A stretch of 63,501 bases of DNA, counting the filler, from Thraustochytrium aureum (taxonomy: Eukaryota): the NCBI GenBank assembly GCA_012862495.1. It is 5 parts of 3 records of this genome, joined end to end, with 100 filler letters (N's around TTAATTAATTAA, not from the genome) between each part and the next. Parts side by side here need not be neighbours in the genome. Positions count along the whole stretch, not along the records: positions 1 to 8,442 come from BLSG01000102.1; positions 8,543 to 29,438 come from BLSG01000102.1; 3 more parts are not named here. The stretch is one strand, 5' to 3'. Both the position numbers and the translations under genes were made by a program. This document shows, piece by piece, positions 1 to 12,136 of this stretch (position 1 is the stretch's first letter; the number at the start of each line of letters is the position of its first letter). The notes under the pieces are model-generated. The model saw nothing but the letters and a program-made list of their open reading frames with translations, searched no databases and had not been told where the DNA came from.

Positions 1-3000
1 CGTAAAGTCAGGCGCGGCAGCATTGACGTAGCGCCACGGGCCGGCCGACTCGTCGCCGAGGCCAGCGATGTGCTTGATGGTCCCCGGGCCCGAGTCAAGA
101 ACGAGAATCTTGCGTGTGTCTCTGTCCGAGATGAAGAGGCGCTCGCCGTCGGCGTCGAAGGCGAGGTAGTTGATGTGCTTGAAGAGAATGTTCTTTGGCG
201 CTTGCGCGTCGCTGTCCGGGTCATTGGCGCCACCACCAGCCACGAACTCGACTCTGCCCCCGCTCAGCTTGAAGATGACTGCGCCGGTGTATGACGCACC
301 AAGGTCAACTCCTTCGACATTCAAGCTAAAGTCCCCAGGCACCTTGCGAATTGCAAAGTACACCTCATTGAGAACCGGGTGCACTGCGAGAGCGGTCGGG
401 CCAAAAGTCAGGTCGAGGCCGGCGAGCGGCGGATTTATAAGACATCTTCTGCTTGTGAAGCAGTACCAGCGGTGTGGCTCGATGCCCCAGCTCTGGCACT
501 GCGACACGTCCTCGTTGCAGTTCAAAAACCCGCCCACAAGAAGGGTAACCTCGCCAGAGTCTTTGTCGACGCGCTGGATCAGTCCGTGCTCCGTGTTGGC
601 CACGATGCGGTGCCCGTCGTTGTCAATCGCAACATACGAAGCGCCCCAGAGGTAGTTTTGGGCGCTGGGGACAGGCCGCGTCGTCATCTTGTCCGTGTCA
701 GCTCTCGGACCACGACGCAGAGCCTCGCAGATGTAGCCAGCACTACTTTCGTCGACGTCGATAAAGCCGCCAGACGCGACGGCCATGCAATTTTCAAGGC
801 GAACTCCGGTATTCGGGCTCAAAGTGTAGAGATTCGGCTCTCTTTTTGCAGTATCCCACCCGAACTCCGAGAAAGCGATTGGTGTACCATCGGCCCATTC
901 GTTGAATGGCGTCGGCTTGGAGTTGCGTGAAGCACCAAGGAAGTACGGAGGTGCTGGCCCAAGGAGGGCCCGAACAGCAGCTTGTTCCTGGATCCCCTTC
1001 GGCATGGCTAGACGGCCGCCGTTGGCCTTGCAAAGCCTCTCCGCCTCGTCGTAGGGGACTTTGCCTTCAAAACGGTAGTAAACATGCGTGTTTGTCTCGC
1101 GCTTTGCATTGGCGGCCGCAAGTCCCTGAAAGCCGCGCTCGTCCGCGCGGCAAACCGACGGTCTGCGCTCATCGCAAGATCCGTAACGCCACCTGCCAGC
1201 ATCTTCGCGAGTGGTTGAAACACGCGCGCAAGCTCGCTTTTTGCGCGTCGTGCAGAAGTCGAATGTGAAGCTTAAAGGCATAGGGATAGGGCGGTCCAAA
1301 CTTGCCCACAACGCTGTCACAAACTCTTTCGGGCCGCAGTTGCGCGGAAATCCGACAGTCAAGTCAAGATTTGGTCGTGCGAAGTTGCAGTACTCCCACT
1401 TGCCCTGCTCTTTGCGCATGTCCTCTTCGTTGCTGTAGATGTCAAAGTCGATACCCATCTTGTTGACATCAACGGCTTCTTCTGTGTCCTCGCCTTTCCA
1501 CCTGACGACCATGTAGTCGTAGGCCTTAAAGAGAGCGTCTCCACTAGGCTGGGTCTTGCGCCGGTAGATCGCATAAGTACGCCCGTTAATCTTGTAGCGC
1601 CACGCACGGTGCTTCAAATCGATCAAGTTCCAGATANNNNNNNNNNNNNNNNNNNNNNNNNNNNNNNNNNNNNNNNNNNNNNNNNNNNNNNNNNNNNNNN
1701 NNNNNNNNNNNNNNNNNNNNNNNNNNNNNNNNNNNNNNNNNNNNNNNNNNNNNNNNNNNNNNNNNNNNNNNNNNNNNNNNNNNNNNNNNNNNNNNNNNNN
1801 NNNNNNNNNNNNNNNNNNNNNTCAAGTTCCAGATAGCGTTGATTCGGGATTCTTGCGCCGGATATTCGTGCTGAAAGGAGGCGGGAGTGGGCATCCCAAG
1901 GGCCCTCTCCGCAAGTTCTTGTCGGTTTGCTTCGGGCTCAGTGGAGAAGCCGCCAGCCACCCGGAAAACCTGCTCCCAAGTGCAGGCAAGTGCGTCATCT
2001 GCGGGTTCCACGCCGGCCATGGGGGCCCAGTTTGAGAAGGAAATAGGCTTGTTGTCGGACTCCCACGTGGAAGGTGTGGGTTCGTCCTCAGATCGGCGGG
2101 CCCCAATCCAGGCGTCTCGAGGGGCGATCCCTTCAACGAGGCGCTGCTCCTCGACGCTGCGAATACTGGCAAGCTTGCCGCCAAGCAACTCGCAGTTCTC
2201 CTTGGCGTCCTCCCACGTAAGCTCTTCCTCAATAACCCAGAACGTCGACCCGGTGCGCTCGTCGTGAACGGCTGGTCGAGTGCTCTCGCATAAAGCCACA
2301 GTTGGGGCGCCATCGCGAGGCGCGGGGATCTCGTCGCACCCAAGCGAGACCCATTGCCGAGAGTACGGGTGGTCGTTTAGCGCAACGCCATGGCAGTTTC
2401 CCGTCGCCGGTGACTCATCGCCCAGAGTTTTCCATTTCGTTGTAATGGTGACGCTCATGTCAGACGTAATGTCAACTGCGGTGTCGGTCCACTTCCAACC
2501 AGAACCCGTGTTGTATGCACCGTGGAAAACGAGGCTCAGAGGGTGCTTAACAACGATGTGGAGGGCCTCGAGATAGTCCGACTCGTCCTGAAACGAAGCG
2601 AGGCGGGCGCCGCGCTCATCGCACTCTGCTCGAGCTGCGTTCCACGACATTCCATCGCGGGCGACCAGAAAGTAGCGGCCGCGGTGCCGGGCGTTGCGGG
2701 TTCCGTGCGTGGGGCCGCCGTTGCGAAGGCACAGCGACTTGCGCTGTTCCTCACAATCCTCTGACTCCGCAGCGAGCTCCCGGGCTGTTGTCACGAACAG
2801 CTCCGCGCAGGACTTGCCGGCCACGTAGTTGACTCGAACTTTGCCGTTGACGCTCTGCTTTTGGCCGAACCATGCTCGGGTCTCGAGCAGGAGCCCGAGA
2901 ACGACTGCTTTCTCCTCCGCCGCGGGATCGATCAAGGCGAGGTCTCCGCCCCAAGCTTTGCAGGCGCGCTCGGCGGCTTCCCATGTTAACGACACGTCGT

Positions 3001-3223
3001 TGAGCCAGAATTCCAGCTTGCTGCTCGTCCCGCTGCTCGTGCGGCGCAGCAGGCTGGCGTGAAACTCGTTTTGCTCGCCCACCGTCCCGTCTCGCAGTCC
3101 TGCGTACAGCTTGCCCTGCCATTTCACATCTGGACCGACGAACGCGAGTGGTCCGTCCGCGGCCGCCACGGTCACAACGGCAGCGGCTAGCACGGCCCAC
3201 GCCGCCGAGAGCCGCAACACCAT
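1..3223 (-). CDS. Large secreted/surface protein: signal peptide, about 4 C-type lectin domains, then NHL/beta-propeller-like repeats; runs off window start
   Basis: ATG 3223 gives MVLRLSAAWAVLAAAVVTVAAA (signal peptide). CTL signatures: TWEAAERACKAWGGDLA, SWNAARAECDERGARLAS, TWEDAKENCELLGGKLASI..WIG, PYDEAERLCKANGGRLA. The frame continues past the N gap (IWNL|IDLKHRAW). 3' part reads VAIDNDGHRIVANTEHGLIQRVD and, after a 1-nt slip near 260, LAFDADGERLFISDRDTRKILVLD (NHL-like). Confidence 0.8.
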
Positions 3224-4390
3224 CGTTTCTTTCGCTTCCGAAGGTGTGCCGACCCAACTCGCGCGCGTGAACCGAGCCAGAGTCCAACTGTCTCGCAGCG
3301 TTGCTTCGGCCGCGCCTCCAGCCGCGTGCGCCACCGACACGAACCCTTGTTGCACTTGCGATTGGCTTCCCANNNNNNNNNNNNNNNNNNNNNNNNNNNN
3401 NNNNNNNNNNNNNNNNNNNNNNNNNNNNNNNNNNNNNNNNNNNNNNNNNNNNNNNNNNNNNNNNNNNNNNNNNNNNNNNNNNNNNNNNNNNNNNNNNNNN
3501 NNNNNNNNNNNNNNNNNNNNNNNNNNNNNNNNNNNNNNNNNNNNNNNNNNNNNNNNNNNNNNNNNNNNNNNNNNNNNNNNNNNNNNNNNNNNNNNNNNNN
3601 NNNNNNNNNNNNNNNNNNNNNNNNNNNNNNNNNNNNNNNNNNNNNNNNNNNNNNNNNNNNNNNNNNNNNNNNNNNNNNNNNNNNNNNNNNNNNNNNNNNN
3701 NNNNNNNNNNNNNNNNNNNNNNNNNNNNNNNNNNNNNNNNNNNNNNNNNNNNNNNNNNNNNNNNNNNNNNNNNNNNNNNNNNNNNNNNNNNNNNNNNNNN
3801 NNNNNNNNNNNNNNNNNNNNNNNNNNNNNNNNNNNNNNNNNNNNNNNNNNNNNNNNNNNNNNNNNNNNNNNNNNNNNNNNNNNNNNNNNNNNNNNNNNNN
3901 NNNNNNNNNNNNNNNNNNNNNNNNNNNNNNNNNNNNNNNNNNNNNNNNNNNNNNNNNNNNNNNNNNNNNNNNNNNNNNNNNNNNNNNNNNNNNNNNNNNN
4001 NNNNNNNNNNNNNNNNNNNNNNNNNNNNNNNNNNNNNNNNNNNNNNNNNNNNNNNNNNNNNNNNNNNNNNNNNNNNNNNNNNNNNNNNNNNNNNNNNNNN
4101 NNNNNNNNNNNNNNNNNNNNNNNNNNNNNNNNNNNNNNNNNNNNNNNNNNNNNNNNNNNNNNNNNNNNNNNNNNNNNNNNNNNNNNNNNNNNNNNNNNNN
4201 NNNNNNNNNNNNNNNNNNNNNNNNNNNCGTCTCCCATTCTGCGGAACGCGCACACTTTGTCTGTTTGCGGAACGCTTTCTGTTGGCACGACAGCAGAGCA
4301 CAGAGGCAGGCAGAGCCCTTTCGAGGAGCGCGCGGCAGGAGCAGGAGGAGGGAGCAGCAGCAGCAGCTCAGCGGCGTGGTTCGGGCTGCG

Positions 4391-6852
4391 ATGGCTGGGG
4401 TCGTCGTGCACCGACATGGTGAGGATGGCGCCGTGCTGGGCGCCAGGTGGGGCCTCAGGCCTCGGCAGTCTGTGGGGAAAGTGGACGGCGTGACCGACGT
4501 CACCGAACGCGTCCTCGTCGTGTCTGCGGAGGAGTACGTGGCCGTGTACGCGGTGGAGGACGGGGAGAACGGCATGGAGGGCATGTGCCTGAAGACCTGG
4601 TCGGTGGCGCCGCAAAGCGCTGGCAGGAAAGCTGCAGGAGCGCCGACGCCGTCCGGTCCCGCGGTCATTGTGCCAGGGACGTCGACACTCCTCGCGGTAG
4701 CCCACGGAAACAAAATTCTCGCTTGGGACTTTTTCCAGGATGAGATGCATTTGCCGGCAAAGGCAACTGCCTCGCTGGGGCAGTCGCCAGTGGTCGACCT
4801 TTTGACCTCCGCCGGGTGCCCAGGCGTGGCAGTGGCCGTCTTTCAAGACGGCGGCGCGGCCTTCGTCAAGGACGGCCAGCTCGAAGGGCGCGTCAATTTC
4901 GCTGGCTCTTCGCTCAAGCAAGTCATCTCTGCGCGGCTCGTAGCAGTCCCGGGGCGCCAAACCAAGTGGGCCGTTGTCCTAGCCGAGCTCGTCGCAGACG
5001 ACTCGGCCAAGTCGCCGGATGGACTTGTCCTCCGCTTTCGGATTATCATGGTGCACGGAAACGAGCTCCGCCACGTGAACGCGAATCTAGTCGCCCCGCT
5101 CGCAGACCGCCAAGTCTTGGGCGTCTCGATCCATTCTGACCGGCTGGCGACCGTGCTGTGGAGCGACCGCACCGCCCAGGTCGGTTTTTGCACCGCAGCA
5201 GCAGCGAAGCCGAGACTGTCTCGTCTACCGCGCTCCCACTAGCCTTTTGGCCGGCCGGCCAGGCGCAGGAGTCGTTGCAAAACGGCGCTGCTCCACGGTC
5301 TGCACGTAAGCGCCGCACCCGGGGCCGCAGCGATTCTGCAGTTTCCGGGGCCTCCTCGAAGAGCGCGAGCGCCGGGCCAGGGACGTCGGACGTCCACCTT
5401 CCCGTAGCCGCCGCTCAAGCAACAGCCCCGGTCGTGTTCGTTGCGGATGGCGAGAACCTTCTCGCAGTAGACGCCAAGCTCGGCGCACGCCTTGCGGAGG
5501 TCGCTCTGGCCGCAGCCGCTGCCGCCGTTGTGCTTGCAGACGACAGCTCCATGTTGGCTATCGTCCTCGTGAACGGCGACGTGCGGGTCGACGAGTGCGC
5601 CGTCGGCGGGCGCTCTCCTCTGAGCGCGGCAGCGCAGCCCTCCACGCTCGCCGGCGCCCTCGCACGCGCCGTGGCGCAAGGGCGCGAGCCAGAGTCCCCG
5701 CCCGAACTCACCGCCTGCCCGAACGTGGCCGAGCTGATGCGGGGCAACGAAGGCGGCGACAAGGCGGCCTGGAAGCGCAAGTTGACAGACGCCGACCGCG
5801 CAGCCTCCGAGGCGCTTGCCACGATCACCTCCAAGAAGGCCAAGGTCGAGGACCGCAAAGCAATTCTCATCAAGTTTGGGCACTCAGTGCCTTTTGCGAG
5901 AGAGGCCGCGCTGGCGCTACTCAAAGCAAAGGACTGGGACGGTCTTCGCGTGCTGGTGGACCAACGCTGTGTCTCTGCTGGGGGCTGCCCGGAGCTCCTC
6001 CGCGGTCTCATCGCCAACGACCAGACCACGCTTCTGTACGAATGCCTGAAAAAGCTGTCTGACATTGACGAACAGAGCATCGTCCGCATACTGCGATACG
6101 TGCTCGCCGAGGCACCGACGTCCGCGCTCGCAGAGCTCGCCGCTTCGATCGAGGGGGTTGTCAACGCCGCTTCACCAGCGGTCAAGCGCATTGAGCTGGC
6201 CAATACCACCATTGAGCAATTGGAGCGCGGGGTCGAAGCAGGCACGCCGCGCGAGGGGGAGACCGCGGCTGCAGCCAAGAAGCGTGTGCTCGCCGCGACT
6301 GAGAGCCGGAAGCGGTTCTGGGAGAAGCGCGTCGAGAGCCGCGAGTTGGAACGTGAGGTGTGCAAATGGTTTGCCTTTCTTTCCCCGAGCGAGCGCGGGG
6401 TGCAATACATGGTCATGGCGGCCATGGTGCTCAACAAGAACGAGGTGTTCTTTGTCGAGGCCGCTCGACGCATGCCGACGGAAGCGTTGGAGGCGCTCGT
6501 TGCGGCTGTGTCGAGCACGATCATGTACTTTGACGGCATGCCGATCGCAAAGAGCTCGGCGCGGCTCACTGGCTTTGCCCAGTTGGCGGTGCTCCGGATC
6601 CCGAATTACATCGACTGCCTCAGCTGGCTTGGCTTGCTGGTTGACGCCGGGTTTTCGCGCCTTGTCGCCGGCGAGGCCGCGCCGCGCCTCGTTGAGATGC
6701 TCGAGCGGGTAAAGGAGGTCTGCACCGTGCAAACGTACGTGAACAACGCACTCATCCGCTCGCGGCCGCTCCTGCACTACCAGCTGCACAACAAGGAGCT
6801 GCTGCCCACCGAGCCGCTAGGCGACTATGCGCTGGAGGTGATCCGCTTTTAA
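4391..6852 (+). CDS. NOL11/Utp8-like nucleolar protein (beta-propeller N-terminus, helical C-terminus); one frameshift near 5180
   Basis: Joins ORFs 3326..5242 and 5158..6852. C-terminal LKKLSDIDEQSIVRILRY, IPNYIDCLSWLGLLVDAGF and terminal YALEVIRF resemble the NOL11 C-terminus. Confidence 0.6.
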
Positions 6853-7755
6853 CTGCCGTGCTTGTTCATTGCTTTCTTCTTCGTCCGTCATGGGCTCGTG
6901 CACCATTTTCTTTCTTGGCGGCTGAAACGGCCCAGCGCTTGCATTTTGTCCCGGCGCGACGACGCCAGGATTGATTCGGCACCGCTCCGCGCCGTCCGAC
7001 GCGTAGGGCGCCACCTTGCCGCATGACTCGGCGCAGCGTGGGGCTGCGAGAAGGCGTCCGTAGTTGCGACGAGGTGCGGCAGCGACTCGNNNNNNNNNNN
7101 NNNNNNNNNNNNNNNNNNNNNNNNNNNNNNNNNNNNNNNNNNNNNNNNNNNNNNNNNNNNNNNNNNNNNNNNNNNNNNNNNNNNNNNNNNNNNNNNNNNN
7201 NNNNNNNNNNNNNNNNNNNNNNNNNNNNNNNNNNNNNNNNNNNNNNNNNNNNNNNNNNNNNNNNNNNNNNNNNNNNNNNNNNNNNNNNNNNNNNNNNNNN
7301 NNNNNNNNNNNNNNNNNNNNNNNNNNNNNNNNNNNNNNNNNNNNNNNNNNNNNNNNNNNNNNNNNNNNNNNNNNNNNNNNNNNNNNNNNNNNNNNNNNNN
7401 NNNNNNNNNNNNNNNNNNNNNNNNNNNNNNNNNNNNNNNNNNNNNNNNNNNNNNNNNNNNGGCCCACGTTGAGTAGTGAGAACAAACCTGAAATGGATAT
7501 CTTCCTTTTGTTGGTACGTCAACGCGACGCTCTTGAAGGGACTCTGCGAAGCGAGCACCCTGCGATCATTGCAAACGTTCGCTGGGCAAGGGCAAGAATG
7601 CGTGCAAGCAAGAAGCGCAAGGCCCAACGCCACGCCACGCCAGGCAAACACGCAGCAGGCCGCCCCTGAGGATCTTGGTCAAACATGACGCAGCCCTGTC
7701 TTCTTCCCCAGCGGAGGGCTGGCTGCCTGGCGCATTGCTCTCACTCGCTCGTTGG

Positions 7756-8340
7756 TCAGCTGAGGGCTGTCCACTTGGTGGACGGCTCTTTCTTGGTCAA
7801 GAGAACCGTCAGGCGCTCTTTGGACGTGCTCAGCTTGGCTCGCGCTCCAGCGATCTCGTGCTTGAGTTTGGGGATCTTGAACACGTGCGAGCCGCAAACA
7901 ACGACCTGCACCATCTCAGAGGAGAACTCGACCTCGTGCGTCACCTCGTCGGTCCCAAGCTCAAGGACGGTGAGGTCGATGTAGACGGACACCGACTTGG
8001 CCCCGTCGGAGAAGGCGTACTTGCGGATTGTCGAGAGGCGAGCCTCTGGCTTCGCATCGTCCGGCACGCTGTCGCGGCGCCCAACTTTGAGGACGACAGG
8101 ACCACCGCCCTTGTTGATGTTTTCCTTCGTCGGCGTCTTGGCGTGCGCAAAGTAGTACGAGTTCTCCCCTTTCTTGAGGATGTTCTCACGCAACGCGCTC
8201 GGCGAGGCCGTGTCCGTCGTGCTGGGCTCCGAGGCTCCCGCAGGGTCAGGTTTGTCAATTTTGCGAACCACGCCGCCCGCATCCTTGAGCGGACCCCGTG
8301 GCACGGCGGCCGTGTCGGCCGCGTCCATGGGCGCAGGCAC
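7756..8340 (-). CDS. CS (p23/SGT1-like) domain co-chaperone
   Basis: YAFSDGAKSVSVYIDL...LTVLLTKKEPSTKWTAL is a CS-domain pattern; N-terminal RENILKKGENSYYFAH motif. May be 5' partial. Confidence 0.7.
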   Translation of the reverse strand: MPAPMDAADTAAVPRGPLKDAGGVVRKIDKPDPAGASEPSTTDTASPSALRENILKKGENSYYFAHAKTPTKENINKGGGPVVLKVGRRDSVPDDAKPEARLSTIRKYAFSDGAKSVSVYIDLTVLELGTDEVTHEVEFSSEMVQVVVCGSHVFKIPKLKHEIAGARAKLSTSKERLTVLLTKKEPSTKWTALS

Positions 8341-8486
8341 TTCTGGGGGCGGGAGGAGCCCGAACGGCGCCGCGAGGAGGCCGATCGCGCCGGCGACGCC
8401 GCTGAGGCCAAACCCAAGCCCCGTCGGGCTGCAATGCTCGGCNNNNNNNNNNNNNNNNNNNNNNNNNNNNNNNNNNNNNNNNNNNN

Positions 8487-8498
8487 TTAATTAATTAA
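8487..8498. other. Artificial scaffold linker (TTAATTAATTAA, stops in all six frames)
   Basis: Identical 12-mer embedded in N runs at four places in the window. Confidence 0.97.
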
Positions 8499-8634
8499 NN
8501 NNNNNNNNNNNNNNNNNNNNNNNNNNNNNNNNNNNNNNNNNNTGCGCCGCGAGAGCTGGAGCAGGACGCAGTGCTGGCGAGACGGGCGCTGGCGGCCGGG
8601 CGGCGGGGCGTTCGTTGGACTGGCACGCGCGGCG

Positions 8635-10924
8635 TTGGGCGGGCTCCCTGAGGTGGAGGTGGACGCGACCGCTTCCCTGGCGATGCTCCAGGGAGACGAC
8701 GACAAGCTCGCCGGGAAAGGCCAGCAAGGATGGCGCGCGCACGGGGGCGACGACGGAACCGAGGCCAGCCCAAGCGCTGGCAAGCCCGGGGAGTCAGATT
8801 CGGAGCTCGGCTCCAAGCAAGCAGGGTCGGGCAAAGAAGACGCGTCCGAGTCTGAAGACTCTGGCTCGGAGGAGTCTGGCTCGGACGACGAGGAGGAGGA
8901 CGACGATCCGATGGCGCATCTGAGCCCGGAACAGCGCAAAATCATCGAGGAGCGCCAAGCAAGTCTGAAAAAACAGTTTGAAGCGTACGCCGAGAAGGAG
9001 CAGAACACGAAACTGGGCGAGCTGATGGCGGCCACGGGCGTGACGCGCGACGAGGCCAAGATAGCCATAGAGTGCTGCAACAACGACGAGATCGAGGCCG
9101 CCAACCGCATAACCGCAGAGCCCGAGTTCCTCATTGCGCTCAACGAGATCCTCGATGAGCAGCGGCGCGAGCGCAAACGAGCCAGCCAACTCGTCAGCGA
9201 AGGCGCCGACTACGAAACGCCGCACGAAGCCGAGGTCGATAATGCTGGCGAGAGCGACGGCGAGTGGGGCGCCGTGGCGGACGGCGGCGGAACCAAGGTC
9301 AAAGTCGCCATCTTGGACAAGAACCACAGACAGCGCGGGCGCGTTCGGTCGAGCCGCGGAGCGCACGGGGGCGGAGGAAGCAGCAAGCGGAACGATTCAG
9401 GTTACAATCAGGATGGGACGAAGCGCGCCGAAAACCTTCGCCTTGCGGACGCCTTGGCCAAGCTGGAGGAGATCCGACAACGCAAGCTCCGAGCGTTGCG
9501 GGAGAAAAAGCTGGAGCGCGAGCAGGCCACCGCGCTCGCTGCGGCAACGGACCCGAGCAGGCCTGGCCAAGGAGCCGCCGGCGCGTCGGCAGGCGAGGTC
9601 GCCTCGTCGGCAAGAGACAACCCTGCTCGGCCCCGTGGCGCACCCAAGGAGACACTTGCGGGCGCTCCTAGTGACGAGCCCGGCGAGCCAGCAAGCTCGA
9701 CCGAGCAGCGCCACGAGCAGAGCCACGGCGACGAGGAGGACGAACAGGAGGACGACGATTTTGTACAAATCGGGAGCACCAAGCGCCCCGTGCAGAGAAA
9801 GTCAACTCTGCGCGAAGGCGTTGCATTGCATCGGGCGGAGAATGAGGGCGCAGTGAGCGCCGCGAGCCAGGGCGATGCGGGCGACGAGTCGAACCGCGAC
9901 GGTGGCACTGAACAAGTAGAAGCGGCCGATGAGATCGAGTATACGGAGGAGGACCTGCGAGCGCTCAAGTGGTCCGACGCGCGCATCCGCGCGTTCCTGG
10001 GCCGACGGGGAAAACCCAAACGCCTACTACTACCGATTCAACGCGCTGGGCGAGAAGCAGGAAACGGGCGAGTGGTCGCGGCGCAACCACGAGCGGTTCA
10101 TGGACATGATCAAAGATGGGGTGGACTACCGGTGGGGGATCTTTAGCATGTCCATCCCAGGGCGCGTCGGCTACCAATGCAGCAACTACTATCGTAAGCT
10201 GATTCTGGAGGGCGTGGTGCAGGACCCGAACTACCACATAGACGACTCGGGCAAGCTCAAGTTTGTGCGCCCCAAAGGGCTCAAGCGCGGTGGGTGCATC
10301 TCGGCGCGCCCCAAGATCCAGAGCGGCGCTGCAGCCCCCAAGCGGCCCGCAATGGCCAAGAAAACGAAGGCACCCTCCTCGCCGCAGGCCCCCGCGCCAA
10401 AGCGGACCAAGGTCGGGCTGGTAGACCAGCTCAAGGCCAACCTCTCCGGCGTCGCAGAGAAGCCCAGAGCGCGGCCGAAGAGCAAAAGCAAGAACAAGAA
10501 GAGGAGCGATGACTACGTCTATGCGAGTGAAATCGAGTCTTCGGACGGCGAGTCGGACCAGGGCGCCTATGGCTACGGGTGCGCGGGGGCGAGCAAGCGG
10601 CAAAAGTCGGCCCAGCTTGCGCCGCAGTCTAAGCGAGTAGTGGGCAACGAGCCTCAGCTGATCCCGGGGCTCAAGTGCCCCATGACGCTCGAGCTGGTTT
10701 ACGACCCTGCCATGTCGCCATACGGGCATGTCATGGGCTATGACACCTGGCTGCGCGTGCTTGGCCGCCAACCCAAGAACACGTGCCCGTTTACCAAGCA
10801 ACGATTGACGCGGCGAATGCTCGTCAAGCTCACCAAGGAGAATCTCGCGGAGCACCAGACGACGATCCAGCAGGTCAACACGGAGCTCAACCTCGGTGCC
10901 AAGGCCGCGCCAGCCGCCAACTAA
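8635..10924 (+). CDS. Protein with UBA-like segment, Myb/SANT-like domain and C-terminal U-box; frameshift near 10005; 5' end uncertain
   Basis: GVTRDEAKIAIECCNNDEIEAANRI (UBA-like). WSDARIRAF|NPNAYYYRF..GEWS..WGIFSMSIPGRVGYQCSNYYRKL (Myb-like). CPMTLELVYDPAMSPYGHVM..TCPFTKQRL (U-box). Confidence 0.75.
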
Positions 10925-12052
10925 CCTCTTTAAAATTAAAACCCCCAAAACAATGCCGATGTAAGAAGAAGGCTGGCGGCCTTGTCCACCAGTGGAGCGA
11001 GCGTGAAGAGTGCCATTACATCATTCGCCCATCGCTCGCTGTCGAGTTGGGGGCCGTGGCGTCAAAAGAAAGGCAGGTCTGTTTTCAAAAAGAAACCCTG
11101 CACTCTTGAGGCGCTCGTGCTCGCCGAACGCCGCGCAATAGATCTCGGCGGCCCGGTTCGTGCAGAGCTGCCGCACTTCGGTCCCCATCACGGACGCAAG
11201 CCTTACTCCACGAGTGGTCTTGCTCGCTAGTGCAAGTCCCGGTCGTCCCACTTTGCTCGTTCCTCCGCGAGCCCGCTGCCTCTGCACACCCGTGCCCATG
11301 GCTCCAAGTGGCAATCCTGCTGCTGCTGCTGCTGCTTGTGCGGTGTTGGTCCTGTCAAGTTCCATGGTCGGCCGACCGGCCGGCCATGAGCAGCTTGGCA
11401 TTTGTTGTGCGGAATAAGGTGTGCTTGGAGGACCCAGGTTTTCGACACCGGGCGCGTTGTCCTGCGTGGCCTTGTTGAAACCCGTAGCTGTGCCGACGAG
11501 ACGCTGCGTGCGCTCTGCGCGAACCAGCAGTCAGTGGCCGCGTCTACGTGTTGCGTGTTGCGCGGCTCAGCCTGTTGCCAGCGTAAGGGACAAGCATCGC
11601 GGACCAAGGGGGTTTGTCGCTCGCAGTTTTTGCGTGTGCGTTTCAGGGGCCTCAGCAGGAGCGAAAAGACGATCATGCTTCGGGCGGGTCAGGCCCGTCC
11701 CAAAGAAGGTGTAGAGTCGCTCGCAGGTCGACGGCGCATGAGTCTATATCACATGAAAGCCCAAGCAACGAGCATCAACTGAAGAAAGCCCAGCAAGAGC
11801 AAGAACGGCGTAAAATCAGCAAGGAGCCCGCCAACAACACGCAAGCTTCCAACAACAGCGACACAACAACCCGCTCGTGCTCCGCCGAGCGAGCCCGCCG
11901 AGCGAGCCTGGAGCCTGCACGTCTCCTACCTCGGAGGAGATCCCAGGCGGGCGAACGGGCGAAGGCAGGCTGCGTCGGACAAGAACTTTGAAACGTCTAT
12001 CCGTTGGGGTTCGGGGTGTCCGCTCGAAGGCGGTCAGATTGGCCGCGTTGAT

Positions 12053-12136
12053 AGACAGACTGCCAGATGGATGGGCAGATGGATAGAATGGATCGATTGA
12101 TGGACGGATGGGAGATGGATGGAGGGATGGATGGAT
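12053..12136. repeat. GGAT/GACA tetranucleotide low-complexity tract
   Basis: agacagac..ggatgggcagatggatagaatggat..ggatggatggat. Confidence 0.7.

Noticed and set aside
1586..4960. 1124-aa ORF and other ORFs running through N gaps
   Set aside because: Ns translate as X and fuse unrelated frames. The 5' part is the antisense of the NOL11-like gene; the real lectin gene starts at 3223.
6866..7690. Possible small minus-strand gene across the gap
   Set aside because: Mostly N. A possible short exon (VLASQSPFKSVALTYQQKEDIHFR) exists, but there is no supportable model.
8487..8498. TTAATTAATTAA as a biological repeat, piggyBac target or terminator
   Set aside because: Always embedded in N padding; it is a standard six-frame-stop linker.
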